From contig NC_087251.1 of assembly GCF_037042905.1 (NCBI RefSeq), forward strand, positions 47,184,001 through 47,244,000: 60,000 nucleotides of DNA. Reading direction: 5' to 3'. This stretch comes from Lytechinus pictus. Its lineage: Eukaryota. The translations under genes and the position numbers were made by a program. Shown here one piece after another: positions 53,861 to 60,000 of this stretch. Within the stretch, counting starts at the first letter, position 1; each line of letters starts with the position of its first letter. The notes under the pieces were generated by a model. The model was not told where the DNA came from. It was given only the letters and a program-made list of their open reading frames with translations, and ran no database searches.

Positions 53861-54252
53861 GGCGTAAATAATTCAAGCATTGACGCTAGACGTAGCTTCC
53901 AAGTATCTCATTTATTGCTAGCTTTCGGCCAGTAGGGCCTTCATCAGGCCTATAATGCATTGAAACAAACAAAATAGAACAAAACCATACAAATAAAATC
54001 GTAATAACAACAAAGTAAATAAAGGGTAACAAAGGGTACAGAACAGAAGGATTACAGTAAGATAACAAAAAATAACAACAGAGGGGGTAATGACTTAAAC
54101 GAGATGGTTGAGTACAATAGAAACGATTGGGTAACTTAAGTGTGTAGAAAGACAAAGGCCCTATGAAGACCCTACTGGCCGAAAGCTAGCAATAAATGAG
54201 ATACTTGGAAGCTATACGTCTAGCGTCAATGCTTGAATTATTTACGCCTATA
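53857..54252 (-). mobile_element. Penelope-like fragment with inverted ~95-bp terminal repeats, inserted in (TA)n
   Basis: 53857-53950 is the reverse complement of 54156-54252; each arm carries a hammerhead-like core. Confidence 0.75.
53909..53957 (-). ncRNA. Minimal hammerhead ribozyme motif with a canonical core
   Basis: CUGAUGA-A, stem II GGCC/cuacu/GGCC, GAAA, palindromic AGCU stem III, CUA triplet; weak stem I. Confidence 0.7.
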
Positions 54253-55540
54253 CATAGAACATGACGCGCTGCAACACACGTTGTGCACAGGGCCCTCTTC
54301 CTTTTTACATATATATATGTATATATATATATATATATACATACATATAATCATCATGACCATGTACGTCGTATTAATATATGTGGGTAATACAGCGTCT
54401 GTGGCTGCGAACGCGTGCATTTCGTTTAATTATGAATATGGACGAGTATGAGTGTGGGTGTGTGTTTATAGGTTGGGTATGTGATTGTGGGTGAGTGCTG
54501 TCGAGCTTATGCACCATTTCTGATGTGTGAAGCAAACTTTATATGTGTGTTTTATTGAAATCTGTGTAAATTATTTTAAGGATATAGTCGAAAATAGTGG
54601 ATCTCGCTATGTCATTCAAGACAATTACAGATAAGATAAAGAGTAATTAAGCAACTCGGATTAGGTGGAAGCGATAGAAATGGGTATAGCCGGGAACGAG
54701 AATGGGATTTAATATGTTCTACAGTCTCGTGGGATTAGTTTCATTTAATATCCTATAATTAATCCCCATCTTAGCTGTTGGTCGCTGAATATAAATTGCA
54801 GATAATGCCCCTTGAAGCCTTGAAATAAATAATTGCATATTGTTATCAAATGTCAATGACGCAGTCGAATCCATTAAAATGAAAATAATTGTATATTCTT
54901 ATCCCCGCAATTCCATTCATTTTGCAGTCGGAAATAACATATTTAATATTATATCCGCTACAGCTATTCCCATTGTTTTCTGTGTGTTTTTTTTTATTTC
55001 AACTTTGCAATTTTCAAATGAAAGTGAAGAGGCTATTCTTTTTCTAAAAATAGATCGGTGAATCTGATTAAATTTCAAACGCACTTCTCAGCCAAGGTCA
55101 TTTTGACTGGCGATACTGGGATTTTTGTGTTGTTTGATAAGAACATAAAAGCATGTAAAACGCACGCATAAAAATAATATGAAGAAGAGACACATCGCTT
55201 AATTGGTAATTCTTTATGTGACTTTGATTTTTTAATGATATATCATGGATGATAACGACGTGACAACTTATAATCAAACACGTGGTTTTACCATCATCCG
55301 ACAATCCGATGTAACCGAGTTTCAAACCAATGGCAGTCATTGCCTGTCTAAATGTAAATAACTTAAGTGCTACCAAAGCCATTCTCAGAATAACAATATA
55401 TTGAGTACTTACATAGCAATAGGTAGCATGGATAATAGGCTTGGCAGATGCCACTTACATCAAAAGATCGTCCCCTCTGATTAACCTTTCACTATCTCTC
55501 AGAGCTCATTTACAGGTTACATTGCTAATTATTAGTGTTG

Positions 55541-56435
55541 GTTCACACGAGGGTCCTTAACTTCGAAGTTATCTAGACAGCATCGTAGTAACTTTTAAGT
55601 TTTGAAACCCCGAGATAACTATAAAATTCCCCGTGGTTATCTTGTTGTTAAGCAAAGATCACCCAAATGAGGTACCTAACTACGACTCGTGGAGACAAGT
55701 AGTTATATTAAAGATGTACTCCAGGCTGAAGATAATATGATTTGAACAAATAAAGAAAAATAAGGAAAAAAAACACTGAAAATCTGATCCAAATCGGACA
55801 AGGAAAAACAAAGTTATGACGGAGAAACAGTTCTAGGCATGTCTTCATGAATATTCAATGAACAAATTGATATCATATACCCTCTTGTTCTTTTGTATTT
55901 TATTATATGAAATTATGTTTATTACATTCTTTTCCTCCAATAAAAAAAATGGATTGACAACATATTTAGTGCATTAGATATTCATTGCTGCAACTTATTT
56001 TATTTCATTATAAAGGAGACATATCTTTCACACATGTTTGGAATAATGAAAAAATTATGATATCATGTAACAACATATTAATAAAAAGGATAGTGGAGAT
56101 GTTACATCATCATCCCACATAATGAATATTCATGACAACGTGCATATCTGTTTTCACAAATATTGCTTAACTTTAAAATTCAACAACCTCGTTATTTGTC
56201 ATCAGATCTTGATGAAATTTTCAGCATTCAGCTTTGTTAATTTCACTCTATTTATTCAGATATATTTTCAGCCCGGGGTACCTCTTTAACCACTATCGTT
56301 ATAGTTTAATGATGACCCTTTATACAGAAACTTCCGGTATCTTACACGTACCGACAACAACGACTTGATAACTTCGAAGTCAGAATATCATGTGAACCCA
56401 CTCGTTGTTAATTTAACTTTGACGTTAAGGTTCCT
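55541..56435. mobile_element. TIR element interrupted by a TTAA-flanked Kolobok-like MITE (55708-56289)
   Basis: Outer TIRs GTTCACACGAGGGTCCTTAAC / GTTAAGGTTCCTCGTGTGAAC; inner element TTAA-AGATGTACTCCAGGCTGAA...TTCAGCCCGGGGTACCTCT-TTAA. Confidence 0.7.
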
Positions 56436-56999
56436 CGTGTGAACAAGACTTTTGCTAATTACCATTAATAATGAGTGGTGAAGCGCGCTAGACTGAAGGA
56501 CATTTAGGGCATATTTCCTTGACATCTAGGCCAAAGAGAAAAAGGGATGACGGTGAAGGTGGTGGGTGATGTCAACAAAAATTTGAACAAACCCTCTTGT
56601 TAACCCACTCTATGAAATTGAATATACAGTGCGAGTCAGAAAAAATGTTACACGTTTTAAATTCAGTATCTTTTAAAGAAAATGAGAGATTCAGAGAGAA
56701 TTTCTAGCATGTATGGATTGAGTAAATATTCCTTTGTCACTTGGTAAAATTTGTTTCAGTGTTGTTTATGGTTGAGTGCACAGCAGCCATTAATTGAAAA
56801 GATGCCAAAACCCATTTGCGCCAAGTCAACTTCCGTATTAGTTAATCTACTGACAATCAATTCATATAATGAATTAATCCCAATTAAAAGACACTCGACA
56901 AGCGGTTAAAAAGGTTATAAAGTAAATTGATTACCTTATTCGCCAATAGTTATAGTATTTTACGTTATTATTCTTCTAACCAGTTTATTATTCCTTAAT

Positions 57000-57430
57000 A
57001 ACTACTATAATAACTACTTACACATGTCGTTTTGTTAGTACTCTCATTGCTATCATTATCATCATTATTATGATTACGATTATTATTATGATTATGATTT
57101 TTTATTATTATTATTATTATTACTACTACTACTGCTACTACTACTACTACTACTACAACTATTATTATTATTATTACCATTGACATAAATGTGGTGTACA
57201 CCTTATCCGAAAATGTTGCAATATCTACCATGGATAGAAGGCATCAAGTTCTGAATTATTATTATTATCATCATTATCATTACTTCGATTTTATTATCTT
57301 GATCATCATTAATATTATAATTATAATGGCCATTATTTTTATTGTAAACATCATTGTCATCTCATTGTCATCAATAAGTGGTGTACACCTTATCCCAAAA
57401 GTGCTTCAATATCTACTATAGATAGAAGGT
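57000..57430. repeat. (ATT/ACT)n microsatellites plus a ~187-bp degenerate tandem duplication
   Basis: GTGGTGTACACCTTATCC at 57191 and 57378. Confidence 0.7.
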
Positions 57431-58783
57431 TTCATGTTCTGAATTTATGTATTTTTTATTGTAGCATCTCTTTGGCTATTGGTGGTATTAGTTTTCACTC
57501 CTTGGTATATATTCTGTAAATGAATGATTGTATTCTGTAAATTGCAGTATATAATCTACAGGTGTTTCAACATCTACTATAGATTATGATTGCGAGTTGT
57601 TGGTGTATATTCTGTTATTGGTGGTATATGTTGCGGTTTGTTTTTAAAGGTGTTTCCAAATCTACTCTAGACGAATGACACTTAGTAAATTACTTTAATT
57701 CTTTAAAGCTTACCCGAAATAATATTTGTTTAAAATGGCATGTTTTAAATGATGGGCATAGTTATTCATTACACCGATATTTGCAGGCCTACATAAGATT
57801 TGTTTTATTTCCATTTCTCAATAGTTTTGGGGCCCCTTAAGCATTTTATCCAAAATGAAAATCAAGTTTGATAAAATGAAAGGCCTTTTCATTATTCTGT
57901 AGGTTTATAACCATTCACATCAGTCCATGCAGCAATCAAAAGCAACAAACCAAAGTGCAGCCAACACGTGTCTTCTGCCAAACTATATTATCATAATTCT
58001 GACGCATAATTCCATACCCATACAGTGACACATGCTTAATCATATACCCAGCGATCTTGACTGGGATTAGCCTATATACCACTTATCAGTTCAATGTAAA
58101 GTAAAGTAGAATACTATGTAGCGAGCAGAGATTGTTCATCCATCCATGGTGGAGCAACTGGACGTCATAGTGATTCCCAAGGTCACAGAGGTAGATTCTG
58201 TTCCTAGGGTATACATACACCAGACACTACTGGGTTGCTACAAGAAAATTGCTATCAATCGGCAAGTCTATTCTAGGTCCCTAAATCAATCATATGTTCT
58301 TCAATTGATTACAAATTTGCAATTGATTGTCGTTCCGCTTCTTGTAAAAATAAGTGCAATCTTGTTTGCTTAAGCTAAATTTGATATATCAATTGTAGAA
58401 TTGCGACAGAATATTTGCAATTAATTGGAAATATTTTATTGCAACACCCCCTAAGAATGTACATTTTTTCTGATTCATTATGTTCATTTATTTCGTCTTA
58501 GAGTATGCTTGTTTACCTATCTTACTTATTTTCTGATCTTACTCAGCAGCCACTTTTTATAAGCTTTCTAAAATTATGAACGAATCGTAACAACACTGAT
58601 AACGATAGAGATATAGATGATAATGATCATGATGATAATAATGATCATTATGAGTATGATAAGCTATTATCAGTTTCAACAGATAATTGTAAATTATGTT
58701 ATGGTTTTGTATTATTTTTCTGTTGGAAATTTAAAAATACGAATTGGGAATCAACTGATTTCGACTAATAATATTAAATGATA

Positions 58784-58976
58784 CACTCTTAAAATGTTGG
58801 GCAACATACTGTCCACACAACAGTTGGTTAAAATATTTATCCAACTCTGGGTAGTTTTCAACCAACACTATGTAGTTTTCACCCAAAGCACACATTGGTT
58901 TAAATCTACCCAGAGTTGGATAAAGTTTTAACCGATTATTGTGTAAACAGTATGTTGCCCAACATTTTAAAGAGTG
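58784..58976. mobile_element. Fully palindromic MITE with a TA TSD
   Basis: TA-CACTCTTAAAATGTTGGGCAACATACTG...CAGTATGTTGCCCAACATTTTAAAGAGTG-TA. Confidence 0.85.
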
Positions 58977-59414
58977 TAATGTTAAAACTATTGTTGAATA
59001 TATAGGGCCTATATAGTTATCTTCGTAGGAGAACTCAACTGTAGTGTGGTGAAACGTACAGTTTATTGCCTCGGAGAGTGTAATAAAATCATTTCAGTCT
59101 CTAGACTGAGATAGCTGTCATAAATATAATACTTTTTTTTCACTTTTCAAAGCTTGTATTTGAATGAATATATACACAGTATATTACGTTTTCAGCCCCT
59201 GTCATGTTCGCTTTTAAGGAGTTGCTAACAATTTTGCTCTCTTGTATTGCATCATATTTTCATAATTTTTATGGTTGAAAAAAAAAATGAAATTGAAATG
59301 GAAATAGAAATTGAAAGCCATACTAAGGGCACAGAAGATAGTGCGAGTTAAAAGAGATTGGGTCATAGAGGTGAAGGAGTTTGAGTTAGAGAAAGAAAGA
59401 GAGAGGGGTGGAAT

Positions 59415-59686
59415 CACTAGCGTACCTACGGGGGGGGGGCAGGGGGGCACTCTGCCCCCCCTGACGAGCCACAACCCATACAAAAGTCATATACCTGCCC
59501 CCCCTGACGAGCTTAAAATACCTTTTTTGCCCCCCCCCCCTGACGAGCTTGAAGACCTTTATTGCCCCCCCCCCCCTGCTGATGAGCTTGAAGATTTTTT
59601 TTTTTTTGTTTTTTTTTTTGCTTGTCAATTTTTTTTCTGGTACGAGAACCTTAATTTTTTTTATTGAAGACCTAGGTACGCCACTG
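59415..59686. mobile_element. hAT-type MITE with an 8-bp TSD
   Basis: GGTGGAAT duplicated at 59407-59414 and 59687-59694; TIR CACTAGCGTACCTA / TAGGTACGCCACTG; internal CCCCCTGACGAGC repeats. Confidence 0.8.
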
Positions 59687-60000
59687 GGTGGAATGGTCGT
59701 GTGTGTATGGGTGTGTGCTAGTGAGGGAGTGCGAGCGCGTGTGTGTATATGCACGTGAGGTTGCTTGTGTTTGCGTAGGAGTGTTTATGTGTATTTAAGG
59801 GAAACGAGACAGAAGAATTGCCAAAGAACCACGAGATTATGTTGTAATCATTAAAGCAGGGATTCTCAAATGGTGTCGCGCGCGCCACTTGTGGCGCACC
59901 GAGCCTTGCGGAGTGGCGCGTGGGAGCCGGTATGGAAAAAAAAATAAAATAAAAGTTTCATCTACTATTAATCTGGAATTGAGGTTTGAGCATTTTATTA

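Noticed and set aside
51170..58110. Possible plus-strand exons (donor at ~51344, acceptor at ~57902)
   Set aside because: Stops in the plausible frames and no recognisable protein; could be UTR exons but cannot be supported from sequence.
59455..59595. CTGACGA/CTGATGA repeats as hammerhead cores
   Set aside because: No stem II or GAAA follows; these are internal repeats of the hAT MITE.

Overview
AT-rich, intron-rich animal genomic DNA. The repeat families suggest an echinoderm, probably a sea urchin; this is inference. Three spliced genes were reconstructed by hand with GT-AG junctions and consistent phases. (1) The last five coding exons of BRF1 (TFIIIB subunit; + strand, 188-4407). (2) A complete 20-exon CMTR1 cap 2'-O-methyltransferase (- strand, 8381-29563, ~856 aa). 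(3) An 8-exon uncharacterised ~350-aa beta-propeller-like gene (- strand, 33889-44054). The rest is introns and intergenic DNA dense with mobile elements: TTAA-flanked MITEs (two nested in other elements), a Helentron/HINE-like element with 163-bp repeats, an RNase H-bearing LINE, CR1/L2-type 3' ends, a tRNA-derived SINE, a probable solo LTR, and microsatellites. The most notable unexplained signals are three minimal hammerhead-ribozyme-like motifs in Penelope/retrozyme-like inserts (one on the sense strand of a BRF1 intron), a triplicated CMTR1 splice donor, stop-codon-spanning C-terminal duplications in two neighbouring genes, and long intronic foldbacks. No database search was possible, and most short ORFs in the supplied track are spurious.
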